Of a DNA stretch of 54,640 nt, positions 39,553 to 49,389 are shown piece after piece; the stretch's first letter is position 1, and the number at the start of each line of letters is the position of its first letter. The position numbers and the translations under genes are program-made. The DNA is from a bacterium (GTDB taxonomy: Bacteria > Patescibacteriota > Patescibacteriia > UBA2196), in the NCBI GenBank assembly GCA_035388785.1, contig DAOOQN010000005.1, positions 1 through 54,640 on the forward strand, written 5' to 3'. Under the pieces are notes generated by a model. The model saw only the letters and a list, made by a program, of their open reading frames with translations. It did not search any database and was not told the origin of the DNA.

Positions 39553-40863
39553 TTAAGATTTTAAACTATTAAATAAGTAGTTTTTTAATTCATCAATTTC
39601 AATTCTTTCCTGCTGCATAGTGTCACGATTGCGAATAGTGACCATCTTGTCTTCTAAGCTTTCAAAATCCACAGTCACACAAAATGGTGTGCCAATTTCA
39701 TCTTGAGAATAGTATCTTTTACCAATGTTGCCACGTTCGTCCCAGGCGACACTAAATTCTTTTTTTAAGTTGTTATATATTTCTTTGGCCAAAGCAACCA
39801 ACTGTGGTTTATTGGCTAATAAAGGAAAGACAGCAGCTTTATGGGGCGCAATCTGTGGATTTAATTTTAAAACAACTCTGTCAGGTTCTTCAATATAAGC
39901 ATCCAGCATTAAAAAAAGAAAGGTTCGATCAACACCACCCGAAGTTTCTATGATATTGGGAATAAATTTTTCATTTGTTTCTGCATCAAGATAATTTAAA
40001 TCTTGACCAGAAAATTTTGCATGATTAGAAAGATCCCAATCCCCTCTCCAATGAATACCTTCCATTTCTTTGCCAATTGGTGAAGCTGTATATTCTATAT
40101 CAAAAGCCTTTTTAGCATAGTGCGCTAATTTTTCATGCTGATAAAAACCTAAATTTTCTGGATGAGTAAAAATTGATTTATACCAATTCATTCTCTCATT
40201 TTTCCAATACTCAAACCATTTTTCCAGATCATTGGGGTGACAAAACCATTGCAAATCCCATTGCTCAAATTCTCTTTGGCGAAAAAGAAAATTGCCTGGA
40301 GTAACTTCATTGCGGAAAGCCTTACCAATTTGACAAATGCCAAAAGGAATTTTTAAGCCACGTGTAGAATCCAAGACGTTTTTAAAATCTAAATAAATTG
40401 TCTGGCAGGCTTCACCCCTAAGATAGGCTTTGGTTTTTTCACCCTCAATCACTCCCAGTTCGGTTGGCACTAAAGTGTTATACATCCGTGGCGCGGTTAG
40501 CTCTCCAGAACAATCTGGACATTTTTCTACTTCAAAATCATCAGCTTTAAAACGATGATGACACTTTTTACATTCCACCAAAGGATCGGTAAAACTTTTT
40601 AGATGTCCCGAGGCTTCCCAAATTTTTGGATTAGTAATTATCGCGCCATCAATACCAACAATATTTTCATGCTCGCGCGTCATTTGGTGCCACCAGAGTT
40701 TTTTTAAATTATTTTTCATTTCTACACCCAAGGGGCCAAAATCATAAAAACCTTGCAAACCACCGTAGATTTCCGAGCCAGGAAAAACAAAACCGCGTCT
40801 TTTGCAAAGAGACATTATTTTTTCCATTTTATCTGATGAAGGCATTACTTTTTGGGGTTTCAT
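39553..40863 (-). CDS. glyQS: Glycine--tRNA ligase (dimeric GlyQS type)
   Basis: CKRRGFVFPGSEIYGG, FRNE..P....FR.REFEQ, and GGVDR motifs are present. Length is 436 aa. Confidence 0.95.
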   Translation of the reverse strand: MKPQKVMPSSDKMEKIMSLCKRRGFVFPGSEIYGGLQGFYDFGPLGVEMKNNLKKLWWHQMTREHENIVGIDGAIITNPKIWEASGHLKSFTDPLVECKKCHHRFKADDFEVEKCPDCSGELTAPRMYNTLVPTELGVIEGEKTKAYLRGEACQTIYLDFKNVLDSTRGLKIPFGICQIGKAFRNEVTPGNFLFRQREFEQWDLQWFCHPNDLEKWFEYWKNERMNWYKSIFTHPENLGFYQHEKLAHYAKKAFDIEYTASPIGKEMEGIHWRGDWDLSNHAKFSGQDLNYLDAETNEKFIPNIIETSGGVDRTFLFLMLDAYIEEPDRVVLKLNPQIAPHKAAVFPLLANKPQLVALAKEIYNNLKKEFSVAWDERGNIGKRYYSQDEIGTPFCVTVDFESLEDKMVTIRNRDTMQQERIEIDELKNYLFNSLKS

Positions 40864-40900
40864 AATGCTTTAATTTTATAATAAAAGCTAAAATAAGGCA

Positions 40901-40929
40901 AATTTAAAAACCACCCAATAAATGAGTGG
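40901..40929 (-). terminator. Candidate rho-independent terminator after the Clp-type ATPase gene
   Basis: The minus-strand RNA is CCACUC-AUUUAUU-GGGUGG followed by UUUUUAAAUUU. The stem is 6 bp including one G-U pair. Confidence 0.35.
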
Positions 40930-40964
40930 CTAAATACGTTTAATCAATAATTAAGACTATTTTT

Positions 40965-43667
40965 TTAGCCCAGTATGGGTGGTGCCTTTTCAACTTGAAT
41001 ATCAGTCAGACTATTTAAAATAATTTTATCACGCCGTGCAACTGTTTTAGCTAAAATTAAATTAGCAATTTTATTTTCCACTTGATCCTGAATTACTCGT
41101 CTTAAGGGACGGGCACCCAAAGTTTGGTCAAAACCAGCTTGTGAAATTTCTTGGACTGCGGTTTCTTTATACAACAAAGCAATGCCCTGAGTGGCCAAAA
41201 GTTCAGTCAAATTATTAAGTAACAATTTAGTAATAGCCAAGACTTCCGGCATTGACAGGGGTTTAAAAATAATAATGCCATCAAAACGGTTTAAAAGTTC
41301 GGCTCGAAAATATTGATTTAATTTATTTTCTATCAATTCCTGCTTAATGGCTGGCAAGGTATGACCGGCGCGTAAGCCCTGCTGAATTAAATCTGTACCC
41401 GCATTAGAAGTGGCAATAATAATGGTGTTGGTAAAGTCAATTGTTTCACCACCAGAATCAGTTAAACGACCATCTTCTATTACCTGCAAAAAAAGATTAT
41501 GCACTTCAGTAGTGGCTTTTTCAAATTCATCCAATAACAACAAAGCAAAGGGTTTCTCAGCCACCTGCTCGGTTAAATAACCGCCAGCAGTTGATCCAGC
41601 AAAACCAATCAACATAGCCACCCCGTCAACCGTGCTATATTCAGACATATCAAGACGAATAAAATGCTCCACGCCACCAAAATATATTTCTGATAAAACA
41701 CGAGCAACCTCTGTTTTACCAACACCGGTTGGACCCAAAAATAAAAAAGAAGCAATCGGTCGTTTGCCTGGGTGCAACTCAGCGCGTGAACGCCGTAAAG
41801 CTTCGGCCACTGCCACCACCGCTTCAGTTTGTCCCACAATTTTGTGCTGAATTTCTGCTTCCAAATTAAGTAATTTCCCCGCCTCTTTAACTGAAGTTTT
41901 TTCTAAAGGTATTTTGGTTATTTCAGACACGACAGCTGTTACATCTTCATTAGCAACAACGCATCCTGCACCTTTATTTTGTCTGGCTAAAGCAGCCGCG
42001 CGTTCAATAACTGTAATGGCTTTGACTGGTAAAAATTGACGGTGAATATATTGAGTGGCTAAATCCACGGCCGCTTCCAAAGCTTGGTAAGAAAAAACAA
42101 CTTTATATTTATTTTCCAAAAGAGGCGCCTTGGTTTCTAAAATACGAATGGCAGCATTACGATCCGGCTCTTTAACTTCAACCATAGCTAACAACCCACC
42201 CAGCAAAGAATCACGTAAATGTTGATTATATTTTTCACGATCGGAAACAGCGATTAATAAAAAAAAGCCTTTTTCTAGCTCTTCAGCCAAAACCTGCGCC
42301 AAATCCAAACTGGCTGATGATTCAGTGCCCAAACCAACCAGGGCTTCAATATTATCAATAACTAAAATTATATTACCAGCCCGTGCCACTTCTTTTAAAA
42401 TAGCGATGAGACGAAATTCAATGGCCCCCGATTCGTTGGCACCCGCAATTAAAGCCGGCACTGATAAACGCACCAATCTTTTATCCTGAAAAAGAGCTGG
42501 CACATTTTCAGCTGCCATCAACTCAGCTAAACTATCAACCACAAAAGACTTACCAGTTCCCCGTTCACCAACCAAAATCACCCCATCGCGACCAGCATTA
42601 AAATAACTGAGCAACTCAGCTAATTCCTTTTCTTTACCAACTGTTGGCTCAATGGCTCCTGCACGTGCCAATTGAGTTAAATCTTCAGAAAACTGATCCA
42701 AAAAAGGCGAGGCCACGGCAGTATAGGAACGATTAATTTCGTGCTTTGGTTTCTGGGAAGCACGCGCTTGTAAGACACTCCAGTGACGCGCTATTTGGTT
42801 TTGAATACGCGCCCATTCTACAACATTACGTAATTTATCAACATCAATTTCCAGAGTATTTAATAATTCTTTAATTAATCCCTCTTCACTGGCGCAAGCA
42901 ATTAATAGTTCATCTGTGGTGACAGTTGGCTGATTATTAAAAAACGCTTCCATGTAAGCCCGTAAAAATATTTTAACCACCGACAAAGACAAACCACTAC
43001 CTTTTTCTAAACCAGTTAAATTTTTTTCTAATCTTTCTTTTAGTTCACTTGCATTAATACCTAAGCGCGCCAAATAGCCATCTACCGCACCATCTTTTAA
43101 TAATTCATAAAAAACATGCACTGGCGTTAAAGTTTGTCCAAAGTTTTCAGCATTCAAATAAGCTCGTTCAATTAAAACTAGAGTTTGATATTGAAAAGCT
43201 TGACCCACATTTATTTTAGGTAATAAATTTTCTGTCTGCCAAATTTCAGAACTTTCAAAATCAGATTCTAATTTTAAATCAATATATTTTTTAATCACCA
43301 ATTCGTCAGCCACTTTTTCACTGGACATACGATAAAAAATATATAAACCAGCCAAGAAGGCTGGCCAAAAAATTCGCATTAGCATATTTTGTTGAGTAAA
43401 AAACACCCACACCTCACCACCGACAGAAATAAACTGGTAAAAAAAATAAAAAGTTACCGCTAGAACAACCAGAATAAAAACATAAATTAAACCATCAATT
43501 ATTTTTCTGGTTAAATTTAAGAGACGCTGGTTGTAGATATAAAGACGAGATAATTTTTTTTGCCAATAAAAAACACGGCCATCAAAAACTAAAGCTGCCA
43601 GCCAGCCGTGACAAAGCGGACAATCCGGTTTCTTCCCTTGACACAAATTACAAACAATAAAAGCCAT
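40965..43667 (-). CDS. Membrane-anchored double-AAA+ Clp/Hsp100-family ATPase (ClpC/ClpB-like) with an N-terminal zinc knuckle
   Basis: The N-terminus CNLCQGKKPDCPLCHG is followed by 2-3 TM helices. AAA-1 has GERGTGKS and IILVIDNIE. AAA-2 has GPTGVGKTE, LLLDEFEKA, and the sensor-2 GARPLRR. Confidence 0.85.
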   Translation of the reverse strand: MAFIVCNLCQGKKPDCPLCHGWLAALVFDGRVFYWQKKLSRLYIYNQRLLNLTRKIIDGLIYVFILVVLAVTFYFFYQFISVGGEVWVFFTQQNMLMRIFWPAFLAGLYIFYRMSSEKVADELVIKKYIDLKLESDFESSEIWQTENLLPKINVGQAFQYQTLVLIERAYLNAENFGQTLTPVHVFYELLKDGAVDGYLARLGINASELKERLEKNLTGLEKGSGLSLSVVKIFLRAYMEAFFNNQPTVTTDELLIACASEEGLIKELLNTLEIDVDKLRNVVEWARIQNQIARHWSVLQARASQKPKHEINRSYTAVASPFLDQFSEDLTQLARAGAIEPTVGKEKELAELLSYFNAGRDGVILVGERGTGKSFVVDSLAELMAAENVPALFQDKRLVRLSVPALIAGANESGAIEFRLIAILKEVARAGNIILVIDNIEALVGLGTESSASLDLAQVLAEELEKGFFLLIAVSDREKYNQHLRDSLLGGLLAMVEVKEPDRNAAIRILETKAPLLENKYKVVFSYQALEAAVDLATQYIHRQFLPVKAITVIERAAALARQNKGAGCVVANEDVTAVVSEITKIPLEKTSVKEAGKLLNLEAEIQHKIVGQTEAVVAVAEALRRSRAELHPGKRPIASFLFLGPTGVGKTEVARVLSEIYFGGVEHFIRLDMSEYSTVDGVAMLIGFAGSTAGGYLTEQVAEKPFALLLLDEFEKATTEVHNLFLQVIEDGRLTDSGGETIDFTNTIIIATSNAGTDLIQQGLRAGHTLPAIKQELIENKLNQYFRAELLNRFDGIIIFKPLSMPEVLAITKLLLNNLTELLATQGIALLYKETAVQEISQAGFDQTLGARPLRRVIQDQVENKIANLILAKTVARRDKIILNSLTDIQVEKAPPILG

Positions 43668-43670
43668 AAA

Positions 43671-44054
43671 TTAAAAACTCCGAGTAATCATAAAAATAAT
43701 TGCTGGAGGTAATAAAAAATAGATAAAAAAGACAGACAAGTGAAAAACAAACCAAATTAAAAAAACGGCCATTTTGAAAACCAACAACACCAAGCGCATC
43801 ACCAGACTGATGGCGCGACTGGTCAGGTCATAATAGCCGTACATAGGCACAAACATGTTTTTTAACCACAACAAAAGAGCTGAACGACGGTTAGCCGCCC
43901 GTATTTGTTTTACTAAAAATTTAAACCTGGCTTGTAAACCAACTGAATACCACCAAATTGGAAAATATAAAAAATCCCCCACCACATTAAAGGTTACGAA
44001 TTTAAAAGTGTTGGTAACAATATTTTCACGCATCATAAAAATATTATACCACAA
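43671..44054 (-). CDS. Hypothetical membrane protein
   Basis: 127 aa with 3 hydrophobic helices. Its stop lies 3 nt upstream of the Clp-type ATPase start, which suggests co-translation. Confidence 0.4.
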   Translation of the reverse strand: MWYNIFMMRENIVTNTFKFVTFNVVGDFLYFPIWWYSVGLQARFKFLVKQIRAANRRSALLLWLKNMFVPMYGYYDLTSRAISLVMRLVLLVFKMAVFLIWFVFHLSVFFIYFLLPPAIIFMITRSF

Positions 44055-44077
44055 ACTGTGTAAGAAATAAAAAAAGA

Positions 44078-45211
44078 CTAAATTTTTGAACTGCGGATAT
44101 TGGTTTTAATTTGCTGTAGCAAATTAGTGTAAAATTCCAAATTGTTTAAAGTGGCCAGACGTTGTGCTAATGGTTCTTTAATTTTAAATAAATGATGCAA
44201 ATAAGCTTTAGAATAAATCTGTAATTCCGGAAGGGCACTTTTTTTATTGATGGGTTCTAGATTGTTTTTAAACTGGGCACCGTTAATATTTAAAACATTA
44301 TAAAAATCTTTACTACTTAGACGATCTGAAAATTGATACAGACGTCCGTGCCGTCCCTCACGAGTCGGAATAACACAATCAAACATGTCCCAACCCAATT
44401 TAACACAACGCAGAATATCTTCTGGAGTACCCACACCCAAAGCAAATTTAAGATAATTATCTGGAATATTAGCAGCCGTGGTGCGTAAAATATCAGCTAA
44501 AAAAATACCTTTTTCATCAACTGGTCGCGCGCCATAACCCAAGCCATCAAAACCAATAGCGGCCAAACTGGTGGCACATTCTTGTCTCAAAGTTGGAAAA
44601 ATTCCACCCTGCACCACACCAAATAACAAAGGCCTGAACTTACCTTTTAAGTGACGTTTTTTTATTTGCCGATCGTATTCTTGTTTACACAACTTGGCCC
44701 ACGCCACTGTGCGTTTGACTGCTGCACTGGCCTGTTGTTGATCAACATCATTCGGCCGACAGTCATCCAGACACACAACCATGTCGGTACCTAAGTCAAA
44801 CTGAATCTGAATGGATTTTTCTGGTGTTAATTCATGCCGTGAACCGTCAAGAGGCGAACTAAAAATAACCTTATCAGCTAAAATTTTTCCACTTTTAAAA
44901 TTGTTTTTATGAATTAAAGAAAAAACTTGAAAACCACCACTATCAGACAAAAGTGGTTTTTTATAAGCCATTAGTTTATGTATACCCCCTATTTTTTTTA
45001 TTCTGTCAACACCGGGATTTAAATAAAGATGATAAGTGTTGACCACCATAGCCGGCACACTAATTTTCTCCAATTCCTCCACACTTAAATGTTTTACCAC
45101 ACCATAAGTCGCATCAGGCATAAAAAATGGTGTTTCAAGAGTACCGTGGGCAGTTTCAACCATACAAATTCTGGCAAGTGATTTTTTGGATTGAATAATT
45201 TTCTTTAACAT
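44078..45211 (-). CDS. tgt: tRNA-guanine transglycosylase (queuine tRNA-ribosyltransferase family)
   Basis: TPFFMPDAT, LLSDSGGFQVFSL, GLGVGTPED-type (ALGVGTPEDIL), CVIPTR, and HNL.FY-type (LNNLEFYTNLL) motifs are present. Confidence 0.9.
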   Translation of the reverse strand: MLKKIIQSKKSLARICMVETAHGTLETPFFMPDATYGVVKHLSVEELEKISVPAMVVNTYHLYLNPGVDRIKKIGGIHKLMAYKKPLLSDSGGFQVFSLIHKNNFKSGKILADKVIFSSPLDGSRHELTPEKSIQIQFDLGTDMVVCLDDCRPNDVDQQQASAAVKRTVAWAKLCKQEYDRQIKKRHLKGKFRPLLFGVVQGGIFPTLRQECATSLAAIGFDGLGYGARPVDEKGIFLADILRTTAANIPDNYLKFALGVGTPEDILRCVKLGWDMFDCVIPTREGRHGRLYQFSDRLSSKDFYNVLNINGAQFKNNLEPINKKSALPELQIYSKAYLHHLFKIKEPLAQRLATLNNLEFYTNLLQQIKTNIRSSKI

Positions 45212-45228
45212 ACTTATTAAACAAAGTT

Positions 45229-45816
45229 TTAACTAACGTTTTCAATTTCAAACTTTAAAATATTATTTATTTTATCAAAATTGAAACTATCTTTAAATTT
45301 TATAATTTTTTCCATCTTGTTTTTGACAATAAATTCTAATTGCTGTTTTAAATTTGTCTCCTGTTTTTGAGCTGGGTTTAAACCCAACAGATGCAAAAGT
45401 TTAACCGATGCCGCAGTTTGTACTATTGCATAATCTGTTTTTGTGTATTCCAGAAAATCCAAGTATTTTTCAACTAATTTAAAAATATTTTTATCTTGAT
45501 GATTTTCTAAGGTCAAACTATCCAATAAATTTAAAAACCAACCAGCTGATTTGACTTTAATTAAATTATTTTTTATCGACATGTAACTTTTAACCATCTG
45601 CGCACCAGTTAACTGATCAATACTTTTGCCAGAAACAACGTTGAGATAAGATAAACTGACCGGCTCCAAATGGCCGGCTAGTTTACTTAAAAGTTTTTTA
45701 CCACCACGCGCCGCCAGCACCAACTTACCTTTTTCTGCTGAATAAACTGTCACCAACAGATCATCTTCACGAAAAGCTTGACGCTTCAAAATTATGGTAT
45801 GCAAATTATAATACAT
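45229..45816 (-). CDS. recO: DNA repair protein RecO
   Basis: 195 aa. The N-terminal OB fold HTIILKRQAFREDDLLVTVYSAEKGKL is typical of RecO. Confidence 0.75.
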   Translation of the reverse strand: MYYNLHTIILKRQAFREDDLLVTVYSAEKGKLVLAARGGKKLLSKLAGHLEPVSLSYLNVVSGKSIDQLTGAQMVKSYMSIKNNLIKVKSAGWFLNLLDSLTLENHQDKNIFKLVEKYLDFLEYTKTDYAIVQTAASVKLLHLLGLNPAQKQETNLKQQLEFIVKNKMEKIIKFKDSFNFDKINNILKFEIENVS

Positions 45817-45825
45817 TGCTAATTT

Positions 45826-48800
45826 TTATAATTGGACAATTTTAATTTTAATTTCGGCCGTGTTGATTTTAATTTTATCCGCAGCTTCAGTTGATAAAGT
45901 TAAATTGTCTGCCAAGGTTTGTTTTTGCAACTCCGTCGTATATTTAACAAAAACAGATTTTAAAATTTCATCATCAGTGTGGTATAAAATTTGTATTCTA
46001 TCTTGAATGGTCAACTTCATTTCCTTGCGTAAATTATTAATGGCACGCACCAACTCACGTAACAATCCCTCTGCTTTGAGTTCATCAGTCAAGGTAGTAT
46101 CCAGTTCTACTTTTAGTTCCCCACTATCATCTTTTTCAAAGCTGATGCTTTTAATATTTAACTCGTCTTTTATCAACTCAATATATTCATTTGAAAATTG
46201 AAAATTTAAAATTGACAGTTGCTGCAACGGTTGCCGAATCCTTATACCAGCTTCAGCGCGTTTTGCCAAACCCAATTCAACAATTTTACGCACAGTATTC
46301 ATTTCATCCAAAATTTTCTGATTGATTAATTCTTCATGACAAATCGGCCAATCTTCTAAATGGACTGATTCTTTTAGCACACCACAATTTTTACCTAGTT
46401 CTTGATAAATGTATTCAGCAGAAAATGGGATAAAGGGCGCTAATAATTTTGATAATTCAAACAAAACTTTGCCCAAAGTATAAATGGACTGTAATTTATC
46501 AACTTGGTTGTCGCCTTTAAACCTGTCGCGTGAACGACGCACATACCAAATTGATAATTCATTGATAAATTCTTCAATTTTTCTAGCCGCCGTAGTAATA
46601 TCATAATTTTCCAAACTTTGCGAAACTTCTTTAATTAATAAATTAAGTTGAGCGGCGATCCATTGATCCAGAATGTTGGTGGGTTGTAATGCTGTAAATT
46701 CAATTGAGGCAACTTCATTTACATAAGTTTGATAAAAAGTTAAGGTGTTAAAAAGAGTGTTAAACATGCGTGCTGACTCTTTCAAAAAAGATTCATCAAA
46801 TCTTTTGGGTTCACCCGGCTGATTAACTGTATATAAATACCATCTGACGACATCGGCACCATATTTTTCAAACATTTCCCAAGGATTGATGACATTGCCA
46901 ACATGCTTTGACATTTTTTGACCCTTTTTGTCCAATAAATGCCCCAGACAAATAACATTTTTATAAGGTGATTCCTTGCCCAATAAGGTAGCAATGGCCA
47001 ACAAGGTATAAAACCAACCACGCGTTTGATCAATGGCTTCGGAAATATATTCAGCCGGATATTGCTCTCCAGAATCAATTTTCTGCCTATTCTCAAAAGG
47101 ATAATGAATCTGAGCCAAGGGCATGGCACCTGAATCAAACCAACAGTCCATGACTTCGGGTGTACGTTTCATGACACCAGCGCACTTTTCACACTGAAAA
47201 GTAATTTCATCAATAAACGGACGGTGCGGATCAAAATATGGCTGCTCATGATTTTGAAACATTTTATCAAAAGAACCTATTAACTGACCTTTGGCTGGAT
47301 AATTATTTTTCCAAGTTTCTAAATCTGTTTTTCCATTAAATAAACTAATAAAAGAACATAGGGTGTCACCATGACTAACAACTAAGATTTTTTTACCCAC
47401 ATATTTTTCTTCCATTTCTATCACAAATTGACGCACGCGCGCTTTTAACTGCTCCATATTTTCACCTTGCGGCCAGCCAATTTCCAAACGCTTTTTTGAA
47501 GGACCAATATTTTTTTCTACCCACTCATCACTTTTGCCTTCAGCTTCGCCCATGCGTACTTCCCACAACAAATCACTTTTTTCTGGTGGCAAATTTAAAC
47601 TGGTGGCAACAAGAGCGGCGGTTTCTGTGGTCCGTAAAAATGGCGAATGCACAATTACATCTATACCACTTTGTTTTAAAGCTGGTACTAAAGATTCAAT
47701 AGTTTGTTTGCCATTTTCAGTTAAATGATAATGATCGTTTTCCAAACGACCACACAGAATATCTTGCACATTATTTTCGGCCTCGCCATGACGAAGCAAA
47801 TAATAATGATTATTAAGTGGTTTAAAAACATTTAATTCCTGATAACTACCCACCACTTTTTGTGTTCTGCAACCATTACATATCCAAACCGGAAGTGGTG
47901 TACCCCAATAACGCTCACGCGAAATAGCCCAATCTTTGGCTTCTTTAAGCCACTCGCCAAAACGACCTTCTTTGATATGTTCAGGAAACCAATTTATGGT
48001 TGAATTATTTTTAATTAACTGTTCTCTTAATTCACTCATCTTAAAAAACCAAGAATCTTTGGCATAATAAATCAATGGCGAATCACAGCGCCAGCAAAAA
48101 GGATAATCATGGGCGTGCGGTGCGCTAGCAAACAAAATTCCGCGTTCCTCTAAATCTTTAATAATTTCAACTTGCACATCTTTTACAAATTTTCCTTGCC
48201 ACTTGGATACCAATTCATTAAAAGTACCGTCAAGATTGACTGTGTGCACTTTTGGTAAACCGATTTTCTCACCCAACTCATAATCATCAACGCCATACAT
48301 AACGGCTGTGTGCACCACACCCGTGCCATCTTCGGTGGAAACAAAATCAGCTGCATAAACCTTGAAAGCATTTTGATAATTGTCTGTTTTTTCCGTAATT
48401 ACTCCCGGAAACAATGGTTCATATTCCAGCCCAACCAAATCTTTACCTTTAAACTCTTCTACTATTTTATACTCCTCATCTCCAAAAATTTCTTCAACTT
48501 TAGCCTTAGCTAAAATAAATCTTACCAACTCGCCTGCCCCTGCGTCTTTTTTTTCTATTTTTACATAGTCAATATTTTCACCGACAGCCAACGCTACATT
48601 ACCAGGCAGTGTCCACGGTGTGGTTGTCCAGGCTAAAATTGAAGTATTTTTATCTTTAATTAAATGAAACTCAATTACGACCGACTCTTCTTTTATGTTT
48701 TTATAGCCTTGTGCCACTTCATGAGAAGACAAAGCTGTGCCGCATCTTGGGCACTGAGGCACAACCTTGTAACCTTTATACATCAAACCTCTGTCTGAAA

Positions 48801-49275
48801 TTTGTTTAATAATCCACCACAACGTTTCAACATAATCATTATCATAAGTCACATAAGCTGCTTGCATATCCACCCAAAAACCAATCCGTTCAGTAATTTT
48901 TTCCCATTCTTCCACATACTGCCAAACACTTTCCCTACACTGTTGATTAAACTCTTGGATACCATATTCTTCAACTTCTTTTTTGTTTTTTAAACCCAGC
49001 TTTTTTTCCACTTCCAATTCGACTGGCAAGCCATGAGTATCCCAACCGGCCTTTCTTTGCACCTTAAAACCACGCATGGTTTTAAAACGCGGAATCAAAT
49101 CTTTAAACGCCCGAGCTTCTACGTGATGAATGCCAGGCTTACCATTGGCAGTCGGCGGACCTTCATAAAAAACAAAACTGCCCTGACTAGATTGCTTGGA
49201 TAAAGTTTTTTTGAAAATATTTTTTTCCTGCCAAAATTTCAAAATCTCTAATTCTTTGTCTGGTAAATTAAACAT
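45826..49275 (-). CDS. ileS: Isoleucine--tRNA ligase (type 2-like) carrying an internal histidine-phosphatase domain
   Basis: PPTANGKPGIHH (HIGH region), the TTTPWTLPGN editing domain, WAISRERYWGTPLPVW, and KMSKHVGN (KMSKS) are present. At 1149 aa it is about 190 aa longer than expected because of the insertion annotated separately. Confidence 0.95.
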   Translation of the reverse strand: MFNLPDKELEILKFWQEKNIFKKTLSKQSSQGSFVFYEGPPTANGKPGIHHVEARAFKDLIPRFKTMRGFKVQRKAGWDTHGLPVELEVEKKLGLKNKKEVEEYGIQEFNQQCRESVWQYVEEWEKITERIGFWVDMQAAYVTYDNDYVETLWWIIKQISDRGLMYKGYKVVPQCPRCGTALSSHEVAQGYKNIKEESVVIEFHLIKDKNTSILAWTTTPWTLPGNVALAVGENIDYVKIEKKDAGAGELVRFILAKAKVEEIFGDEEYKIVEEFKGKDLVGLEYEPLFPGVITEKTDNYQNAFKVYAADFVSTEDGTGVVHTAVMYGVDDYELGEKIGLPKVHTVNLDGTFNELVSKWQGKFVKDVQVEIIKDLEERGILFASAPHAHDYPFCWRCDSPLIYYAKDSWFFKMSELREQLIKNNSTINWFPEHIKEGRFGEWLKEAKDWAISRERYWGTPLPVWICNGCRTQKVVGSYQELNVFKPLNNHYYLLRHGEAENNVQDILCGRLENDHYHLTENGKQTIESLVPALKQSGIDVIVHSPFLRTTETAALVATSLNLPPEKSDLLWEVRMGEAEGKSDEWVEKNIGPSKKRLEIGWPQGENMEQLKARVRQFVIEMEEKYVGKKILVVSHGDTLCSFISLFNGKTDLETWKNNYPAKGQLIGSFDKMFQNHEQPYFDPHRPFIDEITFQCEKCAGVMKRTPEVMDCWFDSGAMPLAQIHYPFENRQKIDSGEQYPAEYISEAIDQTRGWFYTLLAIATLLGKESPYKNVICLGHLLDKKGQKMSKHVGNVINPWEMFEKYGADVVRWYLYTVNQPGEPKRFDESFLKESARMFNTLFNTLTFYQTYVNEVASIEFTALQPTNILDQWIAAQLNLLIKEVSQSLENYDITTAARKIEEFINELSIWYVRRSRDRFKGDNQVDKLQSIYTLGKVLFELSKLLAPFIPFSAEYIYQELGKNCGVLKESVHLEDWPICHEELINQKILDEMNTVRKIVELGLAKRAEAGIRIRQPLQQLSILNFQFSNEYIELIKDELNIKSISFEKDDSGELKVELDTTLTDELKAEGLLRELVRAINNLRKEMKLTIQDRIQILYHTDDEILKSVFVKYTTELQKQTLADNLTLSTEAADKIKINTAEIKIKIVQL
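47236..47814 (-). other. Histidine-phosphatase (PGAM/branch-1) domain inserted within ileS
   Basis: IleRS residues about 488-680 carry YYLLRHGEAENN (RHG catalytic His), HSPFLRTTETA, MGEAEG, and LVVSHGDTL (second His). It sits between the conserved ...VVGSYQEL and DPHRPFIDE... segments, which are normally only about 15 aa apart. Confidence 0.7.
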
Positions 49276-49330
49276 AAAAAAATATTTTTGTTAGTGCCTT
49301 TATCTTACAAAATTTTACTGTTTTTGGCAA

Positions 49331-49363
49331 GTAAAAACACAAAGATGCCAACTTTGGGCATCT
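49331..49363 (-). terminator. Candidate rho-independent terminator after scpB
   Basis: The minus-strand RNA has the stem AGAUGCC-loop-GGCAUCU followed by UUGUGUUUUU. Confidence 0.45.
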
Positions 49364-49389
49364 CTTGGGACGATAACTATTATTAATTT

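Noticed and set aside
47236-47814. The possibility that the IleRS insertion is an intein or a mobile-element insertion that makes ileS a pseudogene.
   Set aside because: The frame is continuous. No Cys/Ser/Thr +1 or His-Asn splice junctions or homing-endonuclease motifs are visible. The insert has a full histidine-phosphatase motif set instead.
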